A stretch of 64,000 bases of DNA from Cyanobacteriota bacterium (GTDB lineage Bacteria; Cyanobacteriota; Cyanobacteriia; Cyanobacteriales; Nostocaceae). The stretch is from NCBI GenBank assembly GCA_046045965.1, contig JBJOKS010000001.1, positions 32,001 through 96,000 on the forward strand, in the 5' to 3' direction. Below the pieces are notes generated by a model that worked only from the letters and a program-made list of their open reading frames with translations, had not been told where the DNA came from and did not search any database. Of this stretch, positions 29,513 through 40,427 are shown piece by piece (positions within the stretch are counted from its first letter, which is position 1; each line of letters starts with the position of its first letter). The position numbers were made by a program, and so were the translations under genes.

Positions 29513-31393
29513 ATGAGAGAGACTTTCCTAGAGGTTCGTAATCTACAAGTTGAATTTTCCGGTGATGGTAGTCAGCTGAAAGCTGTGGACGATATCAGCT
29601 TTAATTTACGTCGAGGTGAGACTCTAGGAATAGTAGGAGAGTCTGGAAGTGGTAAATCGGTGACAGCACTGGCAATTATGGGTTTGTTGCAATATCCTGG
29701 TAAGGTGAGTAGGGGAGAAATTTGCTTTCGTCCCCAGGAAAATGCTCAACCTCTTGATTTATTGACTTTACCTCCTAAAGAAATGCAGCTTTACCGGGGT
29801 GGAGATATTGCAATGATTTTCCAAGAACCAATGAGTTCTTTGAACCCAGTTTATAACATTGGTTTTCAGATGACAGAAGCAATTATGCGACATCAAAATG
29901 TCAGTGCATCTGAAGCAAAAAGAATTGCGATCGCAGGTCTGCAAGAAGTTAAACTTTTACCTAGCGATGAAAAAATTCAACAGCAATATCTCGATAATTG
30001 GCAGCAAACAAACCCGAAAAACCCTCTACCAAATGATTTTCAGTTAGCGCAATTAGTGAAGGAACAAAAAGCAGCAATGCTAGAACGTTTCCCTCATGAA
30101 CTCTCTGGAGGTCAGTTACAACGGGTAATGATTGCAATGGCAATTTCCTGTAATCCATCACTTTTAATTGCTGATGAACCAACTACAGCTTTGGATGTCA
30201 CGGTACAAGCAACAATTATTGAATTGATGCGAGAATTACAACAAAGCCGCGATATGGGGATGATTTTTATTAGTCATGATTTGGGTTTAGTTTCGGAAAT
30301 TGCTGACCAAGTTGCGGTGATGTACAAAGGTAAAATTGTCGAATATGGTGCAGCATCACAAATTTTTAGTCATCCCCAACATCCTTATACTAAAGGATTG
30401 GTAGCTTGTCGTCCTCATCTTAACAGTCGTCCTCAAAAATTGCTGACTGTTTCTGATTACATGACTGCGGAAGAAAATGAATTGGGACAAGTGGTAATTC
30501 AAGCTAAACAACCAGCAGCACCAACGGAAATTACTAGAGAAGAAATTAACACCAGATTAGAAAATTTAACCCAAAAAGTACCACTTTTACAAATTGATAA
30601 TCTTAAAGTTGGCTTTCCAATTCGAGGAGTATTTGGAGGTACAAAACGTTATCATATAGCGGTAAATGGCGTTTCTTTTGATGTCTATCCTGGGGAAACA
30701 TTGGGATTGGTAGGAGAATCAGGTTGTGGTAAAACTACTTTGGGTAGAACTTTGCTCAGATTAATTCAACCGATGGGTGGTAAAATTATTTTCGATGGTC
30801 AAAATATCACCACTCTCAAAGGAGAACCGCTACAAAAATTACGCCGAGAAATGCAAATAGTTTTTCAAAATCCCTTTAGTTCTCTTGACCCAAGAATGAA
30901 AATTGGTGATGCGATAATGGAACCTTTGTTAATTCATTCTGTGGGGAAAACAAAGCAGCACCGCAGAGAAAGAGCAGTAGAACTTTTAGAAAGGGTGGGA
31001 TTAAGTGCTGATGATATGAAACGTTATCCCCATCAGTTTTCTGGTGGTCAACGTCAACGGGTTTGTATTGCGCGTTCTTTGGCTTTAAATCCTAAATTTA
31101 TTATTTGTGATGAGTCGGTTTCCGCTTTGGATGTTTCCGTACAAGCACAGGTTTTGAATTTGTTAAAAGAACTGCAACAAGATTTCAATTTGACTTATAT
31201 TTTTATTTCCCATGATTTAAGTGTGGTCAAATTTATGAGCGATCGCATTTTAGTCATGAATCAAGGTAAAATTGTCGAAACAGGTACATCTGAAAGTATT
31301 TATCGTCAACCAAAAGAAGAATATACTCAAAAATTAATTGCTGCTATTCCCACAGGTAGTCCTGAACGCATGAAAAACCGCAATCTCAATTAA
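29513..31393 (+). CDS. ABC transporter ATP-binding protein with two ATPase domains (DppD/DppF-type)
   Basis: GESGSGKS and GESGCGKT Walker A, LSGGQ/FSGGQ signatures. Confidence 0.93.
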   Translation: MRETFLEVRNLQVEFSGDGSQLKAVDDISFNLRRGETLGIVGESGSGKSVTALAIMGLLQYPGKVSRGEICFRPQENAQPLDLLTLPPKEMQLYRGGDIAMIFQEPMSSLNPVYNIGFQMTEAIMRHQNVSASEAKRIAIAGLQEVKLLPSDEKIQQQYLDNWQQTNPKNPLPNDFQLAQLVKEQKAAMLERFPHELSGGQLQRVMIAMAISCNPSLLIADEPTTALDVTVQATIIELMRELQQSRDMGMIFISHDLGLVSEIADQVAVMYKGKIVEYGAASQIFSHPQHPYTKGLVACRPHLNSRPQKLLTVSDYMTAEENELGQVVIQAKQPAAPTEITREEINTRLENLTQKVPLLQIDNLKVGFPIRGVFGGTKRYHIAVNGVSFDVYPGETLGLVGESGCGKTTLGRTLLRLIQPMGGKIIFDGQNITTLKGEPLQKLRREMQIVFQNPFSSLDPRMKIGDAIMEPLLIHSVGKTKQHRRERAVELLERVGLSADDMKRYPHQFSGGQRQRVCIARSLALNPKFIICDESVSALDVSVQAQVLNLLKELQQDFNLTYIFISHDLSVVKFMSDRILVMNQGKIVETGTSESIYRQPKEEYTQKLIAAIPTGSPERMKNRNLN

Positions 31394-31636
31394 GTAGTCT
31401 TGCAAAATAAATTGTACATTGAGGAGAGGGAACAGGGAACAGAAAGCGAAAAATTTTGGGGGAGACTAGGATACACAACGCGGTAAGATGACGAAATGCC
31501 CTCTCAAGAACCAATGAAAATATGTCAATACCTAGTATTGTAAAACTTCGCCGAATTTATAGACAAATATAACCGTAGACAGAGTAGTTAGGACATCAAT
31601 TAATCATGAAACTCTTACGAAAAGAGGGTTTTACTT

Positions 31637-31681
<45 letters not shown>

Positions 31682-31758
31682 CTATATAACACAGTTGTTC
31701 TGTATCAACATCTCAAAGATATTTTCTTTCCCTCTCTGCACCTCTGCGTGAGTAAAGC

Positions 31759-32127
31759 TTATTCCACCACATCAAACCAAATAGGCGTTAAATCATCAAC
31801 CGTGCCATTATAGTTAATAGTAATTTCTTCACCTTTCCTGATATTTTTATAAGCAATAATTTCAATTATACTTTTAGCAAAATTTTTAAGATACAGCGCA
31901 TTAGGATGATAAGAATGATTAAACAGTGAAGCATACCCTAAAGCGATCGCTCCACTTTCTCCATACCAAGAAAAATAATAATTACATAATACTGTATGAG
32001 TAATTAACTTAACTTGCTGTTTGGGGATCACTATCACATTAGCTACATCAATTATTTCTCCTGGCTCAAAATCTTTCTGAGCAAAAACACCTCTACCTTT
32101 TATTTCTGTATCACGAACTACTAACAT
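31759..32127 (-). CDS. SET domain protein
   Basis: KGRGVFA, FNHSYHPN, GEEITINY motifs. Confidence 0.9.
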   Translation of the reverse strand: MLVVRDTEIKGRGVFAQKDFEPGEIIDVANVIVIPKQQVKLITHTVLCNYYFSWYGESGAIALGYASLFNHSYHPNALYLKNFAKSIIEIIAYKNIRKGEEITINYNGTVDDLTPIWFDVVE

Positions 32128-32336
32128 AATGCAATTCTATCTGATTAATAATTACCACAGATAGACGCAGAGAAAATTAAGACAAATTTTTGTCACTGAA
32201 TTACGGCTGCTATAGTCACTATAAAGTCAAGGATTAGAGATGTTATCAAAATTTCCGTAATTTTTAATTTTTTGGTTAATTTTTTGGGGAATATTATATG
32301 CAGAATGAATGATATTCATGTTATTATAAATATCCC

Positions 32337-32810
32337 ATGCTAACTATCATTGGTTGTGGCAATCTCAATCGTAATGACGACGCTGTAGGCGTAATCATCG
32401 CCCAACGTTTACAGCAATATCTCGCCCAAAATTCTCACCCCCAAGTCCGCGTTTTTGATTGTGGTACTGCGGGAATGGAAGTGATGTTTCAAGCGAGAGG
32501 AAGCGAAAAATTAATTATTCTTGATGCTAGTTGCACAGATTCCGAAGCAGGTGCTATATTTAAAGTCCCAGGGAAAGAATTAGAAGCACTACCAGAACCT
32601 AGTTATAACCTGCATGATTTTCGTTGGGATCATGCTTTAGCTGCGGGGAGAAAAATCTTTTTAGATGATTTTCCCCAAGATGTGACTGTCTATTTAATTG
32701 AAGCTGCAAATCTTGATTTTGGATTAGATTTAAGTCCTGCTGTTCAACATTCTGCTGATTTAGTTTTGGCAGAACTAATCACAATTATAAACCAGAATGT
32801 TATGGCTTAA
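32337..32810 (+). CDS. hupW: Uptake hydrogenase maturation protease HupW
   Basis: GCGNLNRNDDAVG, DCGTAG, LHDFRWDH; position downstream of the nif cluster as in Nostocales. Confidence 0.85.
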   Translation: MLTIIGCGNLNRNDDAVGVIIAQRLQQYLAQNSHPQVRVFDCGTAGMEVMFQARGSEKLIILDASCTDSEAGAIFKVPGKELEALPEPSYNLHDFRWDHALAAGRKIFLDDFPQDVTVYLIEAANLDFGLDLSPAVQHSADLVLAELITIINQNVMA

Positions 32811-32857
32811 TTAACAATCTCAAATCCAAAATCCAAAATCCAAAATCCAAAATCTAG

Positions 32858-33232
32858 TTATGCCCAGTCACGGTAAACTGAGAGTTCATCTACCCTCATT
32901 TCAAATGGTATAGCATTAGCATCAGGAGGACAAACGCGAATTTTTGCACTGCTAACAATACCATAAAGTATACTAGCCATTGGTACGATTTTTTGCAAAA
33001 TTTTCCAATTGCTCAGTTGATCTGGGCATTCGATTATTAATGTCAAAACACTAGCATGAGTTGTCATATACCAACGACAATGAGAGAGTAGATTTTGAAT
33101 GGTGCGATCGCATCCTTGATAAAAGTAACGACTAATAGAATACTCTAGTTGTTGTCGCAGGATAATATCGGCTGATGTTGCTTGCATAGGGTGCTTATCA
33201 TCAGCATTGAATTCTGATTCTCTTCTGGCCAT
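32858..33232 (-). CDS. Conserved hypothetical protein
   Basis: ORF downstream of the nitroreductase; start uncertain. Confidence 0.6.
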   Translation of the reverse strand: MARRESEFNADDKHPMQATSADIILRQQLEYSISRYFYQGCDRTIQNLLSHCRWYMTTHASVLTLIIECPDQLSNWKILQKIVPMASILYGIVSSAKIRVCPPDANAIPFEMRVDELSVYRDWA

Positions 33233-33251
33233 TTCTGTTGATTTTCCTATT

Positions 33252-34538
33252 TTACTTACCAATTGCCATTACATAAAGAACATCCTGATTGGTTCCTAGA
33301 AATTCTTGGGCTTCATCATCATAAAAAGCGCCAATACCACTACAATCTATTCCCCAATAATTGCTGGATAGATATACTCTTTGTCCGATCAAACCAGCTA
33401 ATTGCATAGCAGTTTGATAACTCAAATAATCGGACACAAAAAACAAAGTTACAGCGCAGTCTTTAGCGATCGCCTGATTAATGCACAAGTAACCTGTTTT
33501 TTCGCTAAATTCACCCGACCGAATGAGATTCCTACCGTGATATAAACCAGGTGTCATACCTTCAACACGATGCACCACCGAGTAGATTTCTATTTCCTCA
33601 AAGTTTTCCGTTGGGATTGGTTGCTGAATATCTTGCCAAATTCGCCAATAGATTTCTTGATCAATAGACTGTCTTTGAAAACGTCGAATAGAACGCCTAT
33701 TCCAAACGTTCTCAAAAAACCGTTCTCGGTGAAAATTAAATTGAGGATGTTCTAGCTTTTGCTGGTGACTAGGTTGCATTGATGTTGCTTGATAAGCATC
33801 TTCAATGAATTGATTAGCTTGAAAATAGTCAGTCCCACAAACAAAAGGAATTGATAACCTCAAGTGTCTGACTGGATTTTCTTGCGTCTCTCCCGATATC
33901 GCACAACTACTAATAAACTCCTTATTCTCAAATCCTAAATCAGCATTGAGAGAGAGTTTATCAAAGTCAAAGATTAATTTGATGTTTTTTTCATGAAGAT
34001 ATGCTGAAGCTGCAATAGCGCCTAAATGGTGTCCGCTATCCAATAAGCAATATCTAATGCTCCTGTCTTGATATTTCCAGCTAGACCTATAATAAACACA
34101 ACTAACTAAAAAAATGAAGCCTTTGATACGTTTATTTGGTATAACATAAGCTTCCAATCCATCATCAATTAATTCATAAATTAACGTCAGACAATTATTC
34201 TCAACTTCTAGATGATAGATGCCGTTTATAAAACCTTCAACACCACGAATTTGGACATAAACTTCCGTCGGATATAACGCCCCTGCTGAGGGATTTACCC
34301 GTAATTGATAGGGTTCATTGTTGTAAATCTTCTCAAAAGTAATGGCGCTTGTTAACCTGATAAAAGCATGAATGGGATTATCGGGAATTAATTTCACTCG
34401 CCGATAAAATTTAGGATAAACTTTAAAGGCGCGGGGTTGAGTTGACCCATCCACATAATTGGGATTCATCTGCACCGATAGGTAAGAATGCTTGGTAGCC
34501 TCGTGCAAGGCTTTTCCAGAAAGCTTACTGTGTGGCAT
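33252..34538 (-). CDS. SagB/ThcOx-type nitroreductase family protein
   Basis: RVNPSAGALYPTE, WKYQDR, RRSIRRF, SGIGAFYD. Confidence 0.85.
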   Translation of the reverse strand: MPHSKLSGKALHEATKHSYLSVQMNPNYVDGSTQPRAFKVYPKFYRRVKLIPDNPIHAFIRLTSAITFEKIYNNEPYQLRVNPSAGALYPTEVYVQIRGVEGFINGIYHLEVENNCLTLIYELIDDGLEAYVIPNKRIKGFIFLVSCVYYRSSWKYQDRSIRYCLLDSGHHLGAIAASAYLHEKNIKLIFDFDKLSLNADLGFENKEFISSCAISGETQENPVRHLRLSIPFVCGTDYFQANQFIEDAYQATSMQPSHQQKLEHPQFNFHRERFFENVWNRRSIRRFQRQSIDQEIYWRIWQDIQQPIPTENFEEIEIYSVVHRVEGMTPGLYHGRNLIRSGEFSEKTGYLCINQAIAKDCAVTLFFVSDYLSYQTAMQLAGLIGQRVYLSSNYWGIDCSGIGAFYDDEAQEFLGTNQDVLYVMAIGK

Positions 34539-35004
34539 TTTTTAGTAACCTTAAAACTTCTCTATTGCTGGCAAAGTCAATTGCTTTATAGTCATCCAAA
34601 TTTTGTAAATTCATGTTAGGATTATGTTGTAATAGCAATCTCACTACTTCTGTCTTTCCAGCGGATGCACCATACATCAGGACGGTTGCACCATTATCAT
34701 TTTGATTGTTAATATCTATGTTGGCTTCTAGCAACAAATTGATTAAATCATAGTGATTGCCAAAACAAGCAAACCACAGAGCATTATTGTGATCATTGTT
34801 TGTAGCATTGATATCTACACCTGCATCTATAAGTTCTTTGACAACGGGATATAATCCCTCCCTGGTAGCTTTCATTAAAGCTGTATCACCATTTTTACCT
34901 CGCTGATTTAAATCTTCGGCGTTGTAATTATTTGCTATTAGCCATTGGCTAGTTGCTGCGCTCAAATTTGGTTGATTTTTTTGACTCATAATTTTTTGAC
35001 TCAT
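34525..35004 (-). CDS. Ankyrin repeat protein
   Basis: GDTALMKA, NNALWFAC, GATVLMYGA repeats. Confidence 0.92.
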   Translation of the reverse strand: MSQKIMSQKNQPNLSAATSQWLIANNYNAEDLNQRGKNGDTALMKATREGLYPVVKELIDAGVDINATNNDHNNALWFACFGNHYDLINLLLEANIDINNQNDNGATVLMYGASAGKTEVVRLLLQHNPNMNLQNLDDYKAIDFASNREVLRLLKNATQ

Positions 35005-35278
35005 AATTATTGCTGGGAAAATAACTCAAGAAAAAATTTACGAAACAGCAAAAAGCTGATAGCTAAATACTTACTAACTAAAAACGTAATGGTGAGCAAA
35101 GCCCACCATATTTAAAAACATTATTAGAATTCTGAAAAACCAGCAGTAGCTGATGAACAATTACAATACCAATTCTCTATGATGTTGACACAAATTAGAT
35201 GCACCCAACCCCTTGAAAATTGCGGCTAAGAGGTTATTTATCACTCTAGAAGAGAAAAGGTATTAACTTGTAAGATTG

Positions 35279-35875
35279 TTATCCTACAGCCGCTGGTTTT
35301 CGCTGTTCAGAAAAAATCTCTCTTGCAGTTTTTTCTGGTTTTGGTATACCATAAAAAGTAGCCTCTGCTTCGAGTTCATCTACTATATCCCAAGCTTCAA
35401 TTGCCCGTTTAGAATCTGCTCCATAGTTAGCAGCAATTGAGCAAGCTTCAGAGACAGCTTTTTGCATTTCTGTGCGTAAGAATTTTAATTTTGGTTTATC
35501 GACAAAGTTACCCTTGGTGAGAATATCAGTGACAGAAATAATGCCTAATAATTCACCTTGGATAACTGGCGCACGCCACACACCAGTATTAGCAAATAAC
35601 CGCGCCACATATTCAATTTCGAGATCAGGATTGACAACAACGCAGGGTTTAGTCATCACTTCGTAGACATGAACCCGTTCGGGATCTTTACCAAAAGCAG
35701 CAACTTTGCCTACAATATCCATTTCAGTAATCATACCGTAAGCATCGCCACTGTGACGAGGTTCAACAACTAAAGCCCGCAGTTCTTTGAGCCTCATTAG
35801 TTTGACTGCTTCTGCTACGGTTGCGGAACCGCGAATGGTAGCAACATCTTGAGTCATAATTTGTTTGGCTCTCAT
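35279..35875 (-). CDS. CBS domain protein with CP12-like C-terminus
   Basis: Two CBS domains then AWDIVDELEA motif. Confidence 0.85.
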   Translation of the reverse strand: MRAKQIMTQDVATIRGSATVAEAVKLMRLKELRALVVEPRHSGDAYGMITEMDIVGKVAAFGKDPERVHVYEVMTKPCVVVNPDLEIEYVARLFANTGVWRAPVIQGELLGIISVTDILTKGNFVDKPKLKFLRTEMQKAVSEACSIAANYGADSKRAIEAWDIVDELEAEATFYGIPKPEKTAREIFSEQRKPAAVG

Positions 35876-36649
35876 AATTCCTGCTCCTTAAATTCGGTTT
35901 AGCGAATTAGTTAATTACTTCTAAACTGCTGCGATTTTTCCTCAACTTTATCGCTGTAACCTGCACCTTAATCAATAGATATTGAATTGTGAGGCGTTAT
36001 ATTTACTGGCTAAAAAAGCAATTACTTTAATGATAGATTCCTGTGAGCCGGAGTATTAAAAATCTGATATATTTTAATGATTCCGGTGATTTTAGGAATA
36101 AGATTTACGCAGTTTCCTATATTTGTATCTAGCTGTCTTACTCTTTACCTTTGTTATAGGTTTAACCAGGAATCAAGTAAGAATATTTGTGCTAACTCTG
36201 TAATCGCTTTTTGTTGAGGTTTAGGTTCACTGCCAACAATTTAGCTTACTTATATAGTATCACTCTGATAAGCTGGAATTATGAATGATTTATAAAGATC
36301 CACCCATTTTTGACCATAAATCTGATTAAAAAATTGTTAAGTGGACTACAGAAGCAGAAAATTATATTTCATGTTTTGGATATTGAATATTACATTTTAT
36401 GATGTTGTTTGATAGCGATGCAATAGGGGAATTACCATAAAATAAATATGAACTTTTTTGGAAAAAACAAAATCCCCGACTTCTTTAATAAGTGGAGGAT
36501 CTAAATTTTTGCCAAATATAGTTATAACTTGTAGTCAAGTGATACCGTTTTTGGTGATTTTACTTGTAAATTAGGTATTAATAATCTGGGCTAACTGATC
36601 AATATATTGAATACTGACCACGTACACCTGCAATTGCAACTGTGAGTCT

Positions 36650-37138
36650 ATGCTGTTACCAGTAGAATTAGCAAATCAAACTTTATATGACCAAGATTAT
36701 TATCTTTGGTTGCGGACAACTATTAATCAGCTTCGTGCTGGTCAATTTTCATCTGTGGATTTAGAGAATTTGATTGAAGAATTAGAAACTATGGGGAGAA
36801 GTCAAAAGCGAGCTATCGAAAGTTTATTAATTAGACTGCTCGAACATCTGCTCAAACTTAAATATTGGGATAGTGAAAAAGAGCGTAATGAGGGACATTG
36901 GAAAGGGGAAATCAGGACTTTACGCAGACAGATAAAAAAAGAATTGAAAGATAGTCCTAGTTTAAAACCTTACATTTTAGAAATCTTTGAAGAATGTTAT
37001 GAAGAAGCAAGAAAAGAAGCAAGCGATATCTACGATGAGCTACGCTAACGCTCTCAACTTCCCCTGGATACATTTCCCATCAATCCCATTGGTTCTTTAG
37101 AGCAGGTTTTAGATGATAATTGGTTTGTTGGAGTATAA
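36650..37138 (+). pseudogene. DUF29 gene truncated by a 21-bp insertion
   Basis: DUF29 motifs; TAA at 37046-37048 lies within the insertion; the frame resumes RSQLPLDTFPINPIGSLEQVLDDNWF to TAA at 37138. Confidence 0.85.
37028..37048. mobile_element. SDR5-type 21-nt element inserted in a HIP1 site
   Basis: GCGAT|ATCTACGATGAGCTACGCTAA|CGC; removing the 21 nt restores GCGATCGC and the reading frame. Confidence 0.8.
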
Positions 37139-37255
37139 AAGAAGAGCGATCGCTCTTTTATCCATCAATTCCAGATTTAAACTTTTTCTCATAATAGGAT
37201 ACATAAAAATTAGCATTATTATAGTTTAGTAGATTTGTAATAAGAAGTACCATGA

Positions 37256-37507
37256 TCACACTTCAATTACACGCACATAAATAGCCCGTGCTGTTTCCCG
37301 ATCTATAGTCATAGGTATATTAGCAGCTTTAATCAAAAAAGCCGGAAACTGCTGTTCAACAATAATATTAGTTCCCGTCTTTATACCCATTGAGATCAGT
37401 TTTTTTCTAATGATTTCATCCTGAGTTTTACAGACAGTGACAATTCCTTTTTCACCAGGTTTCAGCAATTCTAAAGAACAACCCATTATACTAAAAGGAG
37501 TAAACAT
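37256..37507 (-). CDS. feoA: FeoA family protein
   Basis: LELLKPGEKG, KLISMGIKTG; start placed at MFTPF; follows fdxH. Confidence 0.8.
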   Translation of the reverse strand: MFTPFSIMGCSLELLKPGEKGIVTVCKTQDEIIRKKLISMGIKTGTNIIVEQQFPAFLIKAANIPMTIDRETARAIYVRVIEV

Positions 37508-37624
37508 AGAACGATAACAATTAAAAGTGAAAATAGAAACCTGAAATGATGAAAGATGATAAACATCCTCCATCATTGTTAAAGTAAAGGTACGGGTTTA
37601 GAATTGCTAAACCCTAATATTGTA

Positions 37625-37924
37625 TTAAACGAGGTAAGGTTCTTGATGGGTTTTGATTGTGCAGTTAGAACGAGGGTAGGTAACACACAATAAAGCGAAA
37701 CCTTTAGCTACTTGCTCATCATCCAAGAAGTTTTGATCGTCTTGGTTGATTTCACCTTCGACAATCTTACCTACACAGCTAGAGCAGGAACCAGAGTGAC
37801 AAGAAAAAGGTAATTCAATACCAGCTTCTTCTGCACCATCGAGAATTGTGGTTTCTTCATCGATTTCAATTGTGGTGTCGATGTTTTCTTTTTTGCTGAT
37901 CAATCTTACTTGATATGCAGCCAT
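37625..37924 (-). CDS. fdxH: Heterocyst ferredoxin FdxH
   Basis: [20 protein letters not shown]; start at MAAYQVRL. Confidence 0.93.
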   Translation of the reverse strand: MAAYQVRLISKKENIDTTIEIDEETTILDGAEEAGIELPFSCHSGSCSSCVGKIVEGEINQDDQNFLDDEQVAKGFALLCVTYPRSNCTIKTHQEPYLV

Positions 37925-38120
37925 TTTCTGGTTCTCCTCAAAAGTGAATAGAATTACTTTGGTAAATTTGTTAAGTCTCCCCCTGTGAGGGCGGGGAAAT
38001 TCTCCCTTCCGCACACAAAAAAATGTAGAGTATGTCTACGGAAAACTTGTAAAGTTGTAGGTGATTGAAAGGAACTTGGGAAAGTTTCTACATTTATTTT
38101 TCCCTAAGTTCCAAATTATT

Positions 38121-38495
38121 TTAGCTGCAAGGTACACCGTTAGGTGAACAATCACCAGCTTTAAAAGATTTGCCACAACCGCAGGTGTCAGTTGCATTGG
38201 GATTGGAAAACTTAAAACCGCTATCCATTACTCCCTCAACAAAATCGACAACCACACCTTCTAATAACGGCGCACTTTTAGCATCTACGTAAACCAACAC
38301 ATTTCCTTGTTGGCTGACAATATCATCTGGTTGCGGCTTACTGGTAATTTCAATTCCATACTCATAGCCATTGCAACCACCGTCTTTAACCGAGATGCGG
38401 ACACCTTTTGTAGCGTTATTAGTGTCTTCAGTTGCGGAACCTCTTAAAAAAGCCCGCAGACGAAATTCTGCCTTTTCTGTTAAAGTAACAGTCAT
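38121..38495 (-). CDS. hesB: HesB/IscA Fe-S assembly protein
   Basis: GGCNGYEY, TCGCGKSF. Confidence 0.93.
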   Translation of the reverse strand: MTVTLTEKAEFRLRAFLRGSATEDTNNATKGVRISVKDGGCNGYEYGIEITSKPQPDDIVSQQGNVLVYVDAKSAPLLEGVVVDFVEGVMDSGFKFSNPNATDTCGCGKSFKAGDCSPNGVPCS

Positions 38496-38566
38496 TTTGT
38501 TTCCTGTTATGTAGCGATTATTCTGATTTTCAGATGTGGGTTATTTATTGCTGTTGTGGTGCAAAT

Positions 38567-39346
38567 TCACACCGACACAGATTGAGATTGGGAATATCGC
38601 CAAGGTGCAGTATTACCGCAGACAGGACAATTGCGATCGCGTTGAGAACGGCGTTTAGCAAACTCCATCCGCTGCAAATCAATTGTTAGCAACTCTGACA
38701 AAAGTGGTTGACTAAAACCGGTAATTAGCTTGATAGCTTCCAAAGCTGTTAAACAAGCCAAAGTCCCAGACACAGCCCCTAAAACTGAAAAAGCACGTCG
38801 ATCCCAATCAGGCTTTTCTGGAAATAGACAGGACAAACAAGGAGTCACACCCGGAATAATCGTGGTTAGATAAGCCTCCATCCCGTCCATCGCTGCTTCT
38901 ACCATCGGCTTACGCCAACGCACACAAGCTTCATTTAACAAATTGCGTTCAGTGAAATTGTGAGCGCAGTCCAGAGCCATATCAGCAGATTGCACCAACG
39001 AGTCTACATTTTCTGGGGTAATGTAATCATGAATTGCTTCAATTTGCACATCAGGATTAATCTTTTCCAGAGTTTCTTTAGCTTTGAATACTCTCGGTTT
39101 TCCCACCCAATCATCAGTCATTAAAACTTGACGATTCATATCATCCAGCCGCAAATCACCACCCCGAACTAGGATGAGCCGCCCAACACCTGCTACTGCT
39201 AAGTAAAGCGCCGCTGTCCCACCTAATCCCCCCACACCAGTCACCAGAACCGTCGCTGACTTCAGGCGCTTTTGAGCCACTTCGCCAAAATTAGGGAGCA
39301 TCATTTGGCGACTATAGCGTTCTAATTCGGTAGGCGTTAGGTTCAT
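38567..39346 (-). CDS. hesA: HesA (ThiF/MoeB family)
   Basis: RYSRQ, GVGGLG, PCLSC, CPVC; nif context. Confidence 0.92.
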   Translation of the reverse strand: MNLTPTELERYSRQMMLPNFGEVAQKRLKSATVLVTGVGGLGGTAALYLAVAGVGRLILVRGGDLRLDDMNRQVLMTDDWVGKPRVFKAKETLEKINPDVQIEAIHDYITPENVDSLVQSADMALDCAHNFTERNLLNEACVRWRKPMVEAAMDGMEAYLTTIIPGVTPCLSCLFPEKPDWDRRAFSVLGAVSGTLACLTALEAIKLITGFSQPLLSELLTIDLQRMEFAKRRSQRDRNCPVCGNTAPWRYSQSQSVSV

Positions 39347-39359
39347 TAATTTATACCTC

Positions 39360-39677
39360 CTAATCAGAAGTGATTTCTGTCAGCGTGACTACATTTTTTG
39401 GCTTATCGTTAAACACCTTGAACAGCTTTTGTTCGTGGGGTGTTGATTCCATAAAAACCTGATAAGCTTTTTGTAAAGCTAAACAATATTGAGTTAATTT
39501 TTCTTCTGCACTCAAGTTAGGAAATTTATCATCAACTTCATACATATATTGAGAAAATTTCTTCAATATATGCAGACGATTGACATTGACAAATTTTTGG
39601 TCATAAGGCAGTTGAAAAAAGATAAAAAATTCTTCTGCATCTACGAGTTTATTGAATTCTTCAATAGTTCTACTCAT
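39360..39677 (-). CDS. nifW: NifW
   Basis: AEEFF..F.LPYD..VNVNRLHILKKF. Confidence 0.93.
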   Translation of the reverse strand: MSRTIEEFNKLVDAEEFFIFFQLPYDQKFVNVNRLHILKKFSQYMYEVDDKFPNLSAEEKLTQYCLALQKAYQVFMESTPHEQKLFKVFNDKPKNVVTLTEITSD

Positions 39678-39874
39678 TTTGCACTCTCCATTTGTTTTAG
39701 CTGTTGCTTGAGTTCATCCAACTGGCGGTAGATTTCGTAAGTCTCAGCCGCAACATCCATAAGTGTTTTGTAATCTGTTGGTAGTCCTTCAGCTAAATCA
39801 TGCAGATCCATTTTCATTTGACCTGCTTTACTATTTAGCTTTCTAATTTTTGCTGTAAGTTCCTCAATTGTCAT
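39674..39874 (-). CDS. nif-associated small protein (CCE_0567/DUF683 family)
   Basis: KMDLHDLAEGLP motif. Confidence 0.85.
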   Translation of the reverse strand: MTIEELTAKIRKLNSKAGQMKMDLHDLAEGLPTDYKTLMDVAAETYEIYRQLDELKQQLKQMESAK

Positions 39875-39950
39875 TGGTGATAGGAAATGGGAATAGGGAA
39901 TAGGGAATGGGGAACAGCAACAACTAATTCATCTCCCCAATTTCCAAGGA

Positions 39951-40427
39951 TTAAATATTGCCTACTTCGGGAAAACGTTTAGCTAAATCAATGCCTTTTT
40001 GCACAAAGTTTTCTCCCTCTTCATTTAATTTTTCTAGGGAGTCAAAACCGTAACGATGAGCATCGCGCAAAGTTTTTACAGCTAACAATAAACGACCAGA
40101 AAATACTAAAGCCCAGCCAAAACCTTCATGACCTAAATCAACTACCACATTAGAAATTAGTCCGGTTTCTTTTTCAATGCTGGCAGCTACAGCACGGAAA
40201 AAGGCATTTATCCGAGAAATAGTTGCTGGATCAACTTCACCTTCAACGGAAATTTCCCGTTTCTTTTGTTTAGTAACAACAAAAGGTTTGAGAATCAATT
40301 CATCAGACCAACTCCGGTAAAAGCCATAGCTATCTTGCGCCCGGATTTGTTGGACTAAGCTCTTGAGAAAAGGTGAAGTTATTGGTGTACTTGTAGTAGT
40401 TCCGTTGACGCTGTTATTTTCACTCAT
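39951..40427 (-). CDS. NifX-associated protein (DUF269)
   Basis: IRAQDSYG, HEGFG, LRDAHRYGF. Confidence 0.88.
   Translation of the reverse strand: MSENNSVNGTTTSTPITSPFLKSLVQQIRAQDSYGFYRSWSDELILKPFVVTKQKKREISVEGEVDPATISRINAFFRAVAASIEKETGLISNVVVDLGHEGFGWALVFSGRLLLAVKTLRDAHRYGFDSLEKLNEEGENFVQKGIDLAKRFPEVGNI

Noticed and set aside
33252..35004. Azole-RiPP cluster around the SagB-like oxidase
   Set aside because: No YcaO or precursor; the nitroreductase-ankyrin-CBS block is ordinary nif-flanking content
35165..35264. Possible 100-bp MITE with AATACC..TTCTC ends
   Set aside because: Single copy in the window and only a short imperfect inverted repeat
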